Under the pieces are notes generated by a model that worked only from the letters and a program-made list of their open reading frames with translations, made no database searches and had not been told where the DNA came from. A DNA stretch of 64,000 nt from a virus, in IMG/VR virus record IMGVR_UViG_3300031705_000002, positions 1 to 64,000 of that record; one strand, written 5' to 3'. Every line of letters begins with the position of its first letter. Positions within the stretch are counted from its first letter, which is position 1. Positions 11,301-21,784 of this stretch are shown piece after piece. The position numbers and the translations under genes are program-made.

Positions 11301-14300
11301 GTCTAAATTATCCTTTTGATTAGCATTAGCTTTTCTCTTCTGCGCGTAGAGCTCATCAATTCTTTGTAGAATTTCTTGATTCTCCACAGTCTGAAGATGC
11401 TCTCCAAGCTCAATCTTAGTGTCCTTAAACTGATCAGATAGGGCCTGGAATGCCTTTACAGCACTTTCCTTGAATCCTAATGTATCTAAAAGTAACTTGT
11501 ACTTTCTAGGGTCATGCTTTCTTAGTTGTTTAACTCTTACTTCTACACTAGACCCCGTGTCTAAGAATTTTATTCTAGTTAACTTATTTTTACCTTTGTT
11601 CCACTCATAGTTAGGGAAGTATAAGGTCAATTTATCAATATCATAATCGGAACCAGCTTTCACAACAATCTCAGAAGGTGTCATAATAGCCTCACCTGCA
11701 GATTCAGGTAAGAACCCTTTGATAACTATTGCATCTATAGAGTTAAGCGCTGATGTTGGGATACGGTATCCAAAAATCTCTAAGAGATCTGAGTTACCTA
11801 TCTTTTCACCGTCTTTGTAGATTCCATCTTCTCTTACCTCTACATTCTCACCTATAAGCTGCTTGAAGTAGTGGGGAACCATAACTTCCATAGCCATTGT
11901 CTCACCATCTTCTCTTCTGTAGAACTGTAAAGCCTCTACATTTGCTCCAAATGAATGTTTGTCTTGGTATATTGTAGGAATACGCTGTGCTTCAAACCCT
12001 GTAGAAGCTACCTGTACCTTAGATGCACCAAATGTTTTGTATCTGATAACTCTGTTGGCTGCTAAAGAATATAATAAATTCTCTATTTGAGGCTTATTCC
12101 CTAGTAAATCTAGTACCCTAGTTTCAGAAGCTAAGAACTCTTCAAGTCCCTCTACATAAGAGTCAGACATGTCTCTACTTTTTGCTTCCTGCATAAGTAG
12201 CTCTGTAAGTTTCTCAGCACCTCTGTCATCTACATAGTATCCGTTCTCGTCGCTTTCTATTCCAAGGTCCTCAAGTAGTAGAGCAAATTGAGCATCTACT
12301 GTTTCATTCTCTAGTCTAGTAAGCGCTTTATCAAGTTTGACAACATCTTCATTAACAACTGCCCCATTATCGTACGCATTCGACGCCAATAAAGCTCTCT
12401 GTTGTGTACCTCTTACAGTTTTGTCCTTAACTTTTTCGCCCATCTCTACCTGAATACCCATGTACTCATAGTAAAGCTCTTGAACATTTGCTCCTTTGAT
12501 TCCTTCGTAGATACCAGTCTCGTCGTAGAAGTTATTAGCCTCTCCGTTTTTATCAACTATAGCACCTATCTTTACACCACTCTTAAATACAGTAAGGCCC
12601 ACTTGGTTCTTTTGCATATCGCTATACATACGAGCAAGGTTACTATCAGGACTCACAGATTCCATAAGTGATGGGAATAATGGTAGTAATGAAAGTTTAT
12701 AGAATGCTGGACTATATATTTTAGAGTTATATGTAGGACCGTAGTACTGAGGTTTTAGTGGAGTAAAGTATGCTACTTCTTCAGCATTTAACTTGTCTCC
12801 GGCCTGTAGCTTAGCGTACGCCGCTCTTTGATTAGGCGTAATGTCACCTACTCTCTCTAAGAATTCCATATACTCATCTATAGTGATATACCCTTGGGCA
12901 TCACCTTCCTCAAACTCTAAGTATCCCTTTAAAGTTTGGTATACTTCTTCTGTTTTAGGATCTACAGCTGTTGCAGGGTTTAGAAGTTTCGCTTGCATAG
13001 CAAAAGGATCTGCACCTAGAGATTGTGAGTAGTCTATGAATGTTGAATCAGCGATTCTACCTTTTACATCTTTGTATACAGTAGTACGAAGTCTTCCATC
13101 CGGACTCTTACCATCTAATCTCTTGTAGTTTCTAGATAACCATTCATTAACCTTGGCGCTAACATCTGCAAACTTCTTAGGACCGTGAGGACCAGAAGTA
13201 CGCTTGAAGTATGCATTCGCTTTAAAGAATCCAACATCACCTAAGATTAATACAGTCTGCTCTATGTTACCTACCAGAGAGATCATGTTGAATCTTTCTA
13301 CGATATTGGTAACATCTCTTTTTGTTAGTAGCTTTTCCTTAAGACCTTTCTCTGAGATAAGCCCTGCAGGCATACCCTTTAAAACGTCCTTATGTAGTCT
13401 AGTACCAAAGTTATCACCGTTATCATAAAACAGTTTAGTTTTAACACCCTCACTAATCATTGTGGTATTACGACCCTCTAGGTATTTTATAATGCCTGCA
13501 TTAATAGCAGTCTTATTATCCTCTAAGTATTGATCTATACTGTCTACATTTATAGCGTTTAGATCAATTACATCCTCCAGGTAGCTAAATAACCTAAGTT
13601 TGTTCTTATTATCTTTGTAGTCTGATACATTGTTACCAGCCTCTATCTTAGCTTTATATATCTCCATTCGAAGATACTTTGTCATCTGCGTAACAAACGC
13701 CGCCCTAGTTTTAGGCATTGAGTTGAAGATAGATTTACCTTCCTCATTCTTCTGTGTAAGATCGAATACAAATTCAGTCTTCTTTTCAGAAGCTCTAATC
13801 ATAGGAATTATACCTTGCATTATAGCTGCAAACTCTGTATTAAATCTACGTCTTGGGGATGCATTCTCAAACACATTACCAAATCTGCTAGATTTCTTTT
13901 TAATACCATTTATACTTCCTAGGCTAATTTTCATACCCTGTATAGCACCCTCTAAAAGTAAAGAACCTTGAACAGATTCCTTTATGTTTCCAGCTTGGTC
14001 TAATAAGAAGTCAGGTATCTTACCATTGTTAAGTCTACCTACAATATTTGTAGCAAAGTTATTCAGTATTATAGAGTACACAGTTTTACCCTCAGCATTT
14101 TGAAACTGAAGATCAATTGTTTTATCCGTACGCTTAGCTTGTATCTCTATGATTTTCTTGATACGAGTATATGCACCACTTTGTACATTGTAGAAATCTT
14201 CTATACTTTCGTTAGATTCCCCTAGTTTTATCAACTCAGGTATAACCCCTTCCACAGCATTTTCATAGATAGAGTTCTTTTCTATCATAGTTAAGCTATC

Positions 14301-17300
14301 TCTATCTGTAAAGATGATACCAAAGTTCTCCAATAGATCTATCACGTCGTCCGCCGAGAACGTACCTGCTCCTACAAAGTCATTTAAGCTTAAGCTTCTC
14401 TTTCCAATTTTCATTTTCTTGGAAGTATCAACTAACATCTCTTCTGTAGAAGGATCTTTCTTGAATGGGCCCTTGTTTAAGCTGAAGATCTCCTTAAGGT
14501 TACTTCTAAACTCCTCGATAAGAAGAGCTGACTCTCTATCTGCGTTAGCTTTTATGAATCTGATGGAGTTATAGTTCTCACCTCTTGAGTCATCCTCAAT
14601 GATAGCCAACATATCCTCACTGTTAAATTTGTGGAACTGTTGTCTGAACTGTCTTTGCAACTTAAACTCATTAGGACTTAAAGCCTCTGAAGACTCATTA
14701 GCTTTTAACCTATCTACAAGGAAAGAGATAGTACCCTTTCTTCCGCCTACGTCCCCAAACTCTGGGTGCGACGATTTAAGAGCTTCTAAACTTGCGATCT
14801 GATCCTCGAAGGATTCAGTACCTGCTAGCTCTCTCATTACTAGGTTGAAGAATGGTCTGTAATCTACAAGCCCAATTGAATGAACTGAATTTACATTCCT
14901 ATTACTTCTACTTGCTGGTAATGTTGCGATAAGTAACTTAACTAATGCAGGTGCTAATTCTTTAGCATTAACTTCATTAGCTTCATTGATGTTGTAACTG
15001 TCTCTAAACTTAGTAGATTCTTCCTCTACCTTACCTTGGAACTCTACTTTGAACTGCGTTAACCAATCGAACATGCTTTCTTTGATCTCAGCTCTGTTCT
15101 GATCTATCATACGCATCATATCCATGATTCCAGAGGCCTCTGCCGAGTTCTTTGGAAGCGCCTGATATGTTTTAGCTAAACTACTTAAACGTACGTTAAA
15201 CGCCTCGTTTATAAGTCTACCAACTTCCTTGGATCTAGCCTCAGAATGTTGTCTATCTGCTAACTCTAACAGGTCCTGTAGAGTTAAGTCAGTTTGTATC
15301 CCAGTACTGTTTGAGAAAAAGAACCCAAAGGTATCTGCGATTAAGCTTTCTACTAAATCTTTACTCACTCCTACTGACAGTTTGGCCCCATTTTTAAGTA
15401 GTATCCTCTTGTCGAGCGACGTTTCAGACTCTGCACTAGCAACCGGGTCACTGAATGTATTGTTTTGTATAGCTGTAAAGAATTTTTGAAGTCCTTCTTG
15501 CTCTTGCTTAGTACCTCTCCCTAACATATTGTTAAAGAAATCCTTAAGCGATTGGAAGAATCTCTGTATTAGAGTTCTTTCCTTACCTGCTTTATCACCT
15601 ATCTTATAGTTACCATCAAGTAGCATGAAAGTTCTAAACTCTTCTGCTAGTGATTCCTCTACATTATCAGTGATACCTGTAAGTTTACTGTACGCTTCAA
15701 ACACTTTTGCCTTAGTTTCAGGTGTAGTGAACTTACCCATAACAACGTGGAACGCCTCATGGTAAGTTGTACCCTGTACAGCTAGCTCAGATATTAATAC
15801 ACGTGCAGCATTTAAAGTTCTACCGTATGCTTTACCACCGATTAGTCCCTCAATAACCTTTATAGGTATACCAGGGAACTTAGCTTCAAACCACGCTTTC
15901 TCTTTTGCTATATCAGCTTTCTCATACTTCTCAGTTACTACTTCTGCAAGTAGGTTCTGAACTTGGTCCTCAGCTGCTTGATCGTTAGGATCTTCACTTC
16001 CTATGCCTAGCATGCTGTTTAGGAATGCCTCATTTTCAGCATCCAACCCTAGAGCGCCGGTTGGTTCTATAGGGGTCGAGTCTGCTATGACCTCTTTCTC
16101 TATAGTTGTAGGGTTAGTTACAACTGTAGGATCGAGTACTATGTTTTCAATTGTTAAGTTTCCTGTAATCTGAGGAGACAGTTGTTTTAAGCTTTCGAAT
16201 GAAGGCGTAAAAGATGCGCCGTTAAGCACTGCCATAGAATTCGTAGATTCTACAAGCTTTTTAACACCTTCCGGAACATTGTCAGGATCTATAAACTCAA
16301 GTACGTTATTACCACCTGTTCTAGCTATCTTGTATTTAACTTGAACACCTGCGGCATTAGTATAAACTAAGTCATACTGAGTACCTTGGGTCATTTGATT
16401 AGAATCTATTGCTGTAGACTCTGCATCTTGTGTATTTGTTTCAGCTACTGGTGGCGCTGGTGTAGGATCTGCGTTAGGAAGTTGATTTTTAAATGCATCA
16501 ACATCTGTTCCCTCTGTAGGCTCTGACTGTTGTATAACAGGCTTCTGAACAGGCTTTACTTCCGGTGTCTTTGTATTAAACTTTAGATATGTGAACTTGA
16601 ACTGTGTAAGGTTTACATTGTCCGTGTCTTCTTGCACTAAAGCAGTACCTAAAGGAGCGCCGTTATGGTCTCCCTCTCTAGGTCTCATTAAGTAATCTTT
16701 ATAGTTGGTATAAGTTTCACCTTGTACGTAATTTCCTTCAGCGTCAATTGTGAATTCTGTGTACGGCGCTTGGGAATCCCCAATAAGCTTCTTATCTATG
16801 TTGTGAGTTTTGTTCGCTAAGAACTTTCTTAGAACTTCTACATTTGCCTCGTTATATAAAGGAACTGTAACCTCTCTCATGGACCCTGTTTCCGGATCTC
16901 TACCTTTTTGTATGGTAACTCCTTGAGGGTCTAGGGTTCTGATGTCCATTTTAACTCCTCCAACGTACAACATCTCTATTCCACCTTCCATACGTGTATG
17001 GATATTGAACCTTGGATTGTGTGCAAAACCGTCCCATCTACCAAACTTGATTATCTCTTTAAGGTATTTGAATACGGACTGGTTGTCGCTTCCTTCTATA
17101 ACTTCTGCATTCTCCTTTACTCCAGGATCTAGTGACATTATAGCTCTACCATACTTGGTAAGCACTTGTATAACAGTCTCAATCTCCGTGGCATTAAGGT
17201 TTCTCTTCTCCATTCTTACTGGACGACCTTTATGCACAGCATAAATCTCTCCTAGAATAGCTTTAAAACTTGTACCAAACTCAGCCATTGATGTACCCGT

Positions 17301-20300
17301 AGCAATCCTAAGTGGAATACTAGCTATGCTTTCTAAGGACTGGGTAATTCTACCTAGTACAGAGTTTTTAGGGAATACATATCTGTTAGATTTAGATCCC
17401 TCACCTCTTACTTTAGGTGCGTAGTGTGGCATCCCTTTACTGATACCTGATAACTCTAAGTATACATTTTTACCTTTCTCTTTAGATCCAATTAAGTTTC
17501 TTAAAGCGATATGGTTATCTGTCAACTCTTTATGTAACGCTATCTTTTCTGCTGCTTCTAGTTTACTAGAAAAATATTCAACAGGTTTTGGAAGCATCAT
17601 AGAAGTATACACCAAATCATCACCCATCTTTATAGGTAAGCCTGTTTTTTGGTAACAAACAACTAGTATAATATCTTTCTGACCGTCCACATCTGGGTAG
17701 AAGTCATTATCTGTTAAAGCTTCAAACGGATTATTATCCTTAGTAACAGCTATCACCTTATAGGCTCCAGATGCTACAACTTTATTACTAAGACTGTCTA
17801 CAAACTTAAAGAACGTTCTCTGTGAAGGAGACATGTGTTTAGGGTCTAGATTATCTGCTTTATCAGCTCTATCTATACCTGCAGTTTTGTTATACCCAAC
17901 AGTAGCAAGATCAGGTTTATAGTTATCATCCTTAACCTCTTGCTCTTGCGCATTCTGCTTGTCCTCTAATGTAGAGTCTGGGTCTATTCCAAAGTCTTCT
18001 GGGTCATCCTGGAATACCTCTTCCGTGGATGTAGCCTCTGACTCTTCTTGTACTTTATTTGCTAGCGTTCCTTTGGGAGCACCTCTAGCTATGTCTTCTT
18101 CTATTTGCTCTTCCTGATTTATAGCAGATAGTTTATCCTGTACAGCAGTGTAGTTTCTACCAAATATAATACTTCTCTGAACCTTGGACATGCCTCTATA
18201 CTTATTCTCAGCAAGTTGTAGTAAAATGTTCTCACGCTTCTTAGCCGCGGCTATGGTATTTTGTAAATCTGCAAGTTTCTCTTCCGTAGCAAAGAATTCG
18301 TCCTCCAAAAACTTTTGGTCTTCTCTGGCCTTCTCTATGGCAGGTAACTGTGCAAATAAATCCGGAGTAAGACTAGATTGTATCGCGTATAGTGCAGGAT
18401 ACTTCTGTCTCTCCTCATTAGTGTACTTTGTGATGGACTCGTAAGTAGGCTCTACTCCAGGGTTAGCTGCTCTAAAGTCATTGATTACTTTTAACAGTCT
18501 ATCTTCCTTAAGAATTCTGTTAAGTACATCTTTATAATCTTGAAGCTTTTGGATGTCATCCGATAGTACATCTACCTGTAGCATAATCTCCTCAAGAGCC
18601 TGCTCTGTTCTAGACACACTTGCCGCTGCATTAGTTGTAAGCTCAGATTGAGTGCTTAACTTTTGAGTACCGTCTTTTTGTAAGGTAGTACCAGAAATAT
18701 TAAGGGCATCTAATCCCTCAGCTTTAACCTGCTTTTCTAGCTCAAGTTTTTCTTCCATACTTAAGTTCTGAGAAGTCTCAGTAGCCTTAAGCATCTTATC
18801 TAAAAATACTTGATTCTCTTCTAATGTAGTCTTATCTGCTAAAAGTTTATCTCTTAACGCTGATACCTCTACCTGTAAGTCTGTTGCAATTTTAAGCTCT
18901 TCCTCTAGTTGTTTTGTAGATACAAATCTACCTTTAGAATCACGGTTGTTTTTCTTCTTACTTAGGCGCTCTGATATGTAGCCTATAGCTTTCGCTAGTC
19001 TTACATCTAAAGCTTCAATAGCTTCTGCAGCCTCTTGAATCTTCTTAACGTTAGTAGATTGTATTCTCTGTACAGCTTCCTTTACTTTTCTACGCTCTAT
19101 ACCTCGTTGATCTAATTGTTCAACAAGCGCTGCAGTTCTAGTACCATTGTTAAATATTACTTTTGCAGGTATTTGGTCTGTACCATCTTTTACGTTATAT
19201 AAAGTGTTAGGGTCTAGGAACTTATACGTCTGTAAGTTTTTACCATCTCCGTCAACATCTACCACAAACTCATCCTCACGAGAAGCCTCAAAAAGCTTTT
19301 CCATATCACCGTCACGGATAGCCTCTTCCTTCTCCATCTTTACTCGCTCTTCTTCATCTTTGGATTTCTGATCCATAAAGAAGTCAACCATTTGAAGGTA
19401 TTCTTGCTGTCCTTGTGTTGTAAGTAGTAAATTATAATTAGTCAAGAAATCTTGACGTCTTTGACGTACCATTCTTAAGTCACGCAGAAGAGCTTTAACC
19501 TCTTCCTGCTTATCAAGTTTGCCTGCTTCAGTAGGGTTTTTCTTCTTCCACGCCTCAAGTAATGCTTCGTCTTCTTCTGTGTTGCTGAAAGGATCTTTTC
19601 CTACCTCTCTGTCGAGTACTGGTGCAACGTTCCCTTTACCATCACCTTCTAATCCGGCAGCTTCAGTTCCTCTTAATTGATCGTACAAGCTAGAGTTTTT
19701 ATCAGTGCGCATAGATCCGTCTGTGATCTCATCAATCATATTACTGATCTCTTCCTCTCTCTTATCTACGTTCTCAATAGTAGAAGCTGCATGTATTAAG
19801 CCTCTACGTACTTTATCATTCTCACCTATGTATGCTTTATCTACAGCTTTTGTAGCTGCTTTAATTTTTGCTGCCTTACTTAATGCAGACGAGACTACTT
19901 TCTCTTTACGGTCTGCAATCTCATCCGAGCTAAGATCTTCATTTTCATATCCAAACTCCTGCACGAACTCTTCGTCAGACATATTACGAACCTCTTCCAT
20001 TTCGCTTTTAATATCATTGTAGAACCCACCCTCTATTCTAGAGTGTATGTAGCTAAATAGTGCGTCGTTCTCTAGGTTCTTATACGCAAACATGTTGTTC
20101 TCTGCTAATGCAGCATCCATCTGTTCTTGTAAGTTAACCTGTTCTGCGTAGTTGTCAAAGTTTCTTTTAACTGCAGCTACAGCAGAAGGGTTTTTATTCA
20201 TGTACTTGGTAAGCTTATCTATGTGCTCTCTTCTTTCTAGGCGATCTTTCAATCCGTCCCATACACCACCTTGCATACCATCAAACTTACGCTTACCTTC

Positions 20301-21782
20301 TGTACCGTCTTTGTTTTTAGATTTTGTATAACTAGGAAGACCCATAGCCCCTAATAAGAACCCAATACCTATTTCTTTTTGTGACTCTTTACTTCCATAC
20401 GCCTCTGCGAATGTGTCATCTGCCGCTCTGATTATACCTAAAGCAGCGTTGACTCCGTTAGCTCCTCTACCGTTTGTGTATGCCTCAGCTGCAGCGTGTT
20501 GACCAGACAGGTCAATCCATTTCTGCCCACCTTCTTCTACAAACCCTTCGTAGAAAGGATTTTTAAGTACGTGATACGCAGCACTTGCTAGTTTTTTACC
20601 TGCACCATATGACTTATACGCTGCTCTATACGGATCTAAAACACCATCAGTAACATCTTTTATAATACCTCTACGTGCATTCTTAACAGCTCCACTTCTT
20701 GCAGCTGCTCTTGCTCCTGCTCCAAATATTTTTGGAAACTGCAATGCATTACCGTATCCTACTAATGCCAGGTTAGCTCCAAATACTGCGTTAGCAGATT
20801 GGGTAGCTAAATCTTGTATATAAGCTAAATCTTCCCCTTCAGGATTCTCTCCATCATGCTCATCTCTATATGTTTGTAGTAAATCTTTCTTAACACTATT
20901 TAAATGATGACGAGCTTCTACTCCAGATTCATATCCAGCTCCAGACAGTAATTGTCTAGCCACAATAGACGCTTGCCTAGCTTTCATTCCAAGGCTAACT
21001 TTGTTAGCAGCGGAAAGTGCTTTAGCAGCTTTAGCTCCCTTACTTCCCATCTTAAGCATACGAGCTGCTCTTGCAACTAATGCGGCAGTAGTAGCCGCCT
21101 GTACAGGTGCCGCAGCCCCAAAGGTAGCTGCAGAAGCAAAAGTTAGTGCAGCCTCAGTTAATACAGCCCCTGCAATAAAAGAAAGGCCATTAGTAAAGTC
21201 ATTAGCCCAAAAATTGGCAGTCCCCATACTTCTGAAGAAGCCGTATTCACGCTCTTCTTTAGATACATAGTTAGGTAACTTACCATCCATTCCTTCGTTC
21301 AGACTGTCTAGCCCGTTCTGGAACTCATTATCAAAGATGCCTTTAAAGGAATCTTGTGCACTAGTATCCGTAAAGGCATACGTACCTACTGCACCTATAC
21401 TAGATACTAAAGCACCTATACCTCCTGCACCTGCTGTAAGAGTTTTACCCGCAAACTTAGTTATACCGTTAGCCCATTTAGAGGCTGTAGATTGTCCAAA
21501 AGCAGCCCTGTCTTCTAGGTCATCATGCTCTACATTGATACTACCTACCTGTCTGTTTTGAAGATCTGCAGATCCTTCCAATGCATCATCGTACAGATCT
21601 TGATCCACAAGACTTGTTCTACTGAACCCTAAACTTGCGTCCGGGCCAGTAACATCTAGAAAACTACTAGAGTTTACAAGGTCTGAAGTCTTTTTTTCGC
21701 GCGCATTTCTCTCGGTCTCTTCTTTAGAAAGCCCTGTTTTAGGGTCTATCGAAGGCGTATTTATTGTGTCTAAAACTCCCAT
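8367..21782 (-). CDS. Virion-packaged crAss-type RNA polymerase, fused to an N-terminal membrane/coiled-coil region and a zincin protease domain (4471 aa)
   Basis: Catalytic GSDYDIDKL (DYDID at 11634-11648) preceded by YRIPT; HEAFH (15747-15761) with downstream EESLAEEF; Ala/Gly-rich hydrophobic helices in the first 500 aa. Confidence 0.9.
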   Translation of the reverse strand: MGVLDTINTPSIDPKTGLSKEETERNAREKKTSDLVNSSSFLDVTGPDASLGFSRTSLVDQDLYDDALEGSADLQNRQVGSINVEHDDLEDRAAFGQSTASKWANGITKFAGKTLTAGAGGIGALVSSIGAVGTYAFTDTSAQDSFKGIFDNEFQNGLDSLNEGMDGKLPNYVSKEEREYGFFRSMGTANFWANDFTNGLSFIAGAVLTEAALTFASAATFGAAAPVQAATTAALVARAARMLKMGSKGAKAAKALSAANKVSLGMKARQASIVARQLLSGAGYESGVEARHHLNSVKKDLLQTYRDEHDGENPEGEDLAYIQDLATQSANAVFGANLALVGYGNALQFPKIFGAGARAAARSGAVKNARRGIIKDVTDGVLDPYRAAYKSYGAGKKLASAAYHVLKNPFYEGFVEEGGQKWIDLSGQHAAAEAYTNGRGANGVNAALGIIRAADDTFAEAYGSKESQKEIGIGFLLGAMGLPSYTKSKNKDGTEGKRKFDGMQGGVWDGLKDRLERREHIDKLTKYMNKNPSAVAAVKRNFDNYAEQVNLQEQMDAALAENNMFAYKNLENDALFSYIHSRIEGGFYNDIKSEMEEVRNMSDEEFVQEFGYENEDLSSDEIADRKEKVVSSALSKAAKIKAATKAVDKAYIGENDKVRRGLIHAASTIENVDKREEEISNMIDEITDGSMRTDKNSSLYDQLRGTEAAGLEGDGKGNVAPVLDREVGKDPFSNTEEDEALLEAWKKKNPTEAGKLDKQEEVKALLRDLRMVRQRRQDFLTNYNLLLTTQGQQEYLQMVDFFMDQKSKDEEERVKMEKEEAIRDGDMEKLFEASREDEFVVDVDGDGKNLQTYKFLDPNTLYNVKDGTDQIPAKVIFNNGTRTAALVEQLDQRGIERRKVKEAVQRIQSTNVKKIQEAAEAIEALDVRLAKAIGYISERLSKKKNNRDSKGRFVSTKQLEEELKIATDLQVEVSALRDKLLADKTTLEENQVFLDKMLKATETSQNLSMEEKLELEKQVKAEGLDALNISGTTLQKDGTQKLSTQSELTTNAAASVSRTEQALEEIMLQVDVLSDDIQKLQDYKDVLNRILKEDRLLKVINDFRAANPGVEPTYESITKYTNEERQKYPALYAIQSSLTPDLFAQLPAIEKAREDQKFLEDEFFATEEKLADLQNTIAAAKKRENILLQLAENKYRGMSKVQRSIIFGRNYTAVQDKLSAINQEEQIEEDIARGAPKGTLANKVQEESEATSTEEVFQDDPEDFGIDPDSTLEDKQNAQEQEVKDDNYKPDLATVGYNKTAGIDRADKADNLDPKHMSPSQRTFFKFVDSLSNKVVASGAYKVIAVTKDNNPFEALTDNDFYPDVDGQKDIILVVCYQKTGLPIKMGDDLVYTSMMLPKPVEYFSSKLEAAEKIALHKELTDNHIALRNLIGSKEKGKNVYLELSGISKGMPHYAPKVRGEGSKSNRYVFPKNSVLGRITQSLESIASIPLRIATGTSMAEFGTSFKAILGEIYAVHKGRPVRMEKRNLNATEIETVIQVLTKYGRAIMSLDPGVKENAEVIEGSDNQSVFKYLKEIIKFGRWDGFAHNPRFNIHTRMEGGIEMLYVGGVKMDIRTLDPQGVTIQKGRDPETGSMREVTVPLYNEANVEVLRKFLANKTHNIDKKLIGDSQAPYTEFTIDAEGNYVQGETYTNYKDYLMRPREGDHNGAPLGTALVQEDTDNVNLTQFKFTYLKFNTKTPEVKPVQKPVIQQSEPTEGTDVDAFKNQLPNADPTPAPPVAETNTQDAESTAIDSNQMTQGTQYDLVYTNAAGVQVKYKIARTGGNNVLEFIDPDNVPEGVKKLVESTNSMAVLNGASFTPSFESLKQLSPQITGNLTIENIVLDPTVVTNPTTIEKEVIADSTPIEPTGALGLDAENEAFLNSMLGIGSEDPNDQAAEDQVQNLLAEVVTEKYEKADIAKEKAWFEAKFPGIPIKVIEGLIGGKAYGRTLNAARVLISELAVQGTTYHEAFHVVMGKFTTPETKAKVFEAYSKLTGITDNVEESLAEEFRTFMLLDGNYKIGDKAGKERTLIQRFFQSLKDFFNNMLGRGTKQEQEGLQKFFTAIQNNTFSDPVASAESETSLDKRILLKNGAKLSVGVSKDLVESLIADTFGFFFSNSTGIQTDLTLQDLLELADRQHSEARSKEVGRLINEAFNVRLSSLAKTYQALPKNSAEASGIMDMMRMIDQNRAEIKESMFDWLTQFKVEFQGKVEEESTKFRDSYNINEANEVNAKELAPALVKLLIATLPASRSNRNVNSVHSIGLVDYRPFFNLVMRELAGTESFEDQIASLEALKSSHPEFGDVGGRKGTISFLVDRLKANESSEALSPNEFKLQRQFRQQFHKFNSEDMLAIIEDDSRGENYNSIRFIKANADRESALLIEEFRSNLKEIFSLNKGPFKKDPSTEEMLVDTSKKMKIGKRSLSLNDFVGAGTFSADDVIDLLENFGIIFTDRDSLTMIEKNSIYENAVEGVIPELIKLGESNESIEDFYNVQSGAYTRIKKIIEIQAKRTDKTIDLQFQNAEGKTVYSIILNNFATNIVGRLNNGKIPDFLLDQAGNIKESVQGSLLLEGAIQGMKISLGSINGIKKKSSRFGNVFENASPRRRFNTEFAAIMQGIIPMIRASEKKTEFVFDLTQKNEEGKSIFNSMPKTRAAFVTQMTKYLRMEIYKAKIEAGNNVSDYKDNKNKLRLFSYLEDVIDLNAINVDSIDQYLEDNKTAINAGIIKYLEGRNTTMISEGVKTKLFYDNGDNFGTRLHKDVLKGMPAGLISEKGLKEKLLTKRDVTNIVERFNMISLVGNIEQTVLILGDVGFFKANAYFKRTSGPHGPKKFADVSAKVNEWLSRNYKRLDGKSPDGRLRTTVYKDVKGRIADSTFIDYSQSLGADPFAMQAKLLNPATAVDPKTEEVYQTLKGYLEFEEGDAQGYITIDEYMEFLERVGDITPNQRAAYAKLQAGDKLNAEEVAYFTPLKPQYYGPTYNSKIYSPAFYKLSLLPLFPSLMESVSPDSNLARMYSDMQKNQVGLTVFKSGVKIGAIVDKNGEANNFYDETGIYEGIKGANVQELYYEYMGIQVEMGEKVKDKTVRGTQQRALLASNAYDNGAVVNEDVVKLDKALTRLENETVDAQFALLLEDLGIESDENGYYVDDRGAEKLTELLMQEAKSRDMSDSYVEGLEEFLASETRVLDLLGNKPQIENLLYSLAANRVIRYKTFGASKVQVASTGFEAQRIPTIYQDKHSFGANVEALQFYRREDGETMAMEVMVPHYFKQLIGENVEVREDGIYKDGEKIGNSDLLEIFGYRIPTSALNSIDAIVIKGFLPESAGEAIMTPSEIVVKAGSDYDIDKLTLYFPNYEWNKGKNKLTRIKFLDTGSSVEVRVKQLRKHDPRKYKLLLDTLGFKESAVKAFQALSDQFKDTKIELGEHLQTVENQEILQRIDELYAQKRKANANQKDNLDYEIGIELSKLIKTIGVDDAGADVSLQSQLSKIESLFEKMDKQLEGALTTDLAKKNPTISIERQNAQKAIDNAILSKSREIVLHPMNFEQLIRPVGADRLKGQANEVRGVQGKSQEKIDFSKLMEFEYIQEMGTRFWVGKQALGVAAVTNTHQIKAQRAGLALRAKELLGIPFPHHEAIIDADGNVSYGVGYAKDVTGTNYISEVIGEFINAFVDVANDPFVFDINANLITAGAYFGLLRVGVPLEYVTRYMTQGGLTRYVAMQTDLPGVKREDVIEKVKEEINSFSPDMPEGYTPTSAGFGTIEELETLLKRTSELVAYENAITAGKSIAEAVGLTALTKEEIHDYYLAQIDMLDLYDSVSVNIAGPLSQLSQAVLGDRGGMTSKSRMETRIRDLQLSTLIMDNKFNNLDKYLEESFQRSFEDAQREGGQIFNDIFMSDKDEDAKEVVSNLLIRVMTRSLSLEDKAKYGDLVEHNFVSFILSTVGDKGNEIFTHASRLFQGNESTPSLPRRIKHMKDEMRKSNEKSLILNELFPILQKYDPTDTKFRIENLKKFSKRLTSYDRNVLIEDFQILMDKDPALADDIVKFIILQSGQMTSPISFLDIIPTEHYMRVVQPIIKNFLFNPGQQDLSVFSEQFIRNNYKNEFAVERFKTQFLTREDYEAMSMGQYKKLKKDEVTVNRNISSRPMPTKGILKDYITVELEDTSLSVEEKKLKKKRSQSIKEVYLFKLAPGMLENQALLIQWLDEGKSYANAPREWKTVKWVQIPTLGDGMFLKEYGLAKPISIIRKNNITRDNIDWTSKTADRNLKDILQPLEPTPINVAPKVASGQKVVQGDIFSLDGIPVISTNQDGSLNGLSSIAKAKGLEVGRTYTAKPGLVSVPVKASKDAAPTLQDFITQIGNLNNTMQKSPKKKFLVSLLGLGPVDAQAIPGATYDAMLSGLKALIDANDNAVLVLPATTNPALAGFIQTMETYFKC

Positions 21783-21784
21783 AC

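Noticed and set aside
8367-21782. Intein or self-splicing intron inflating the RNAP gene
   Set aside because: The frame is continuous and I saw no intein splice-junction or LAGLIDADG/HNH motifs by eye; an HMM scan would be definitive.
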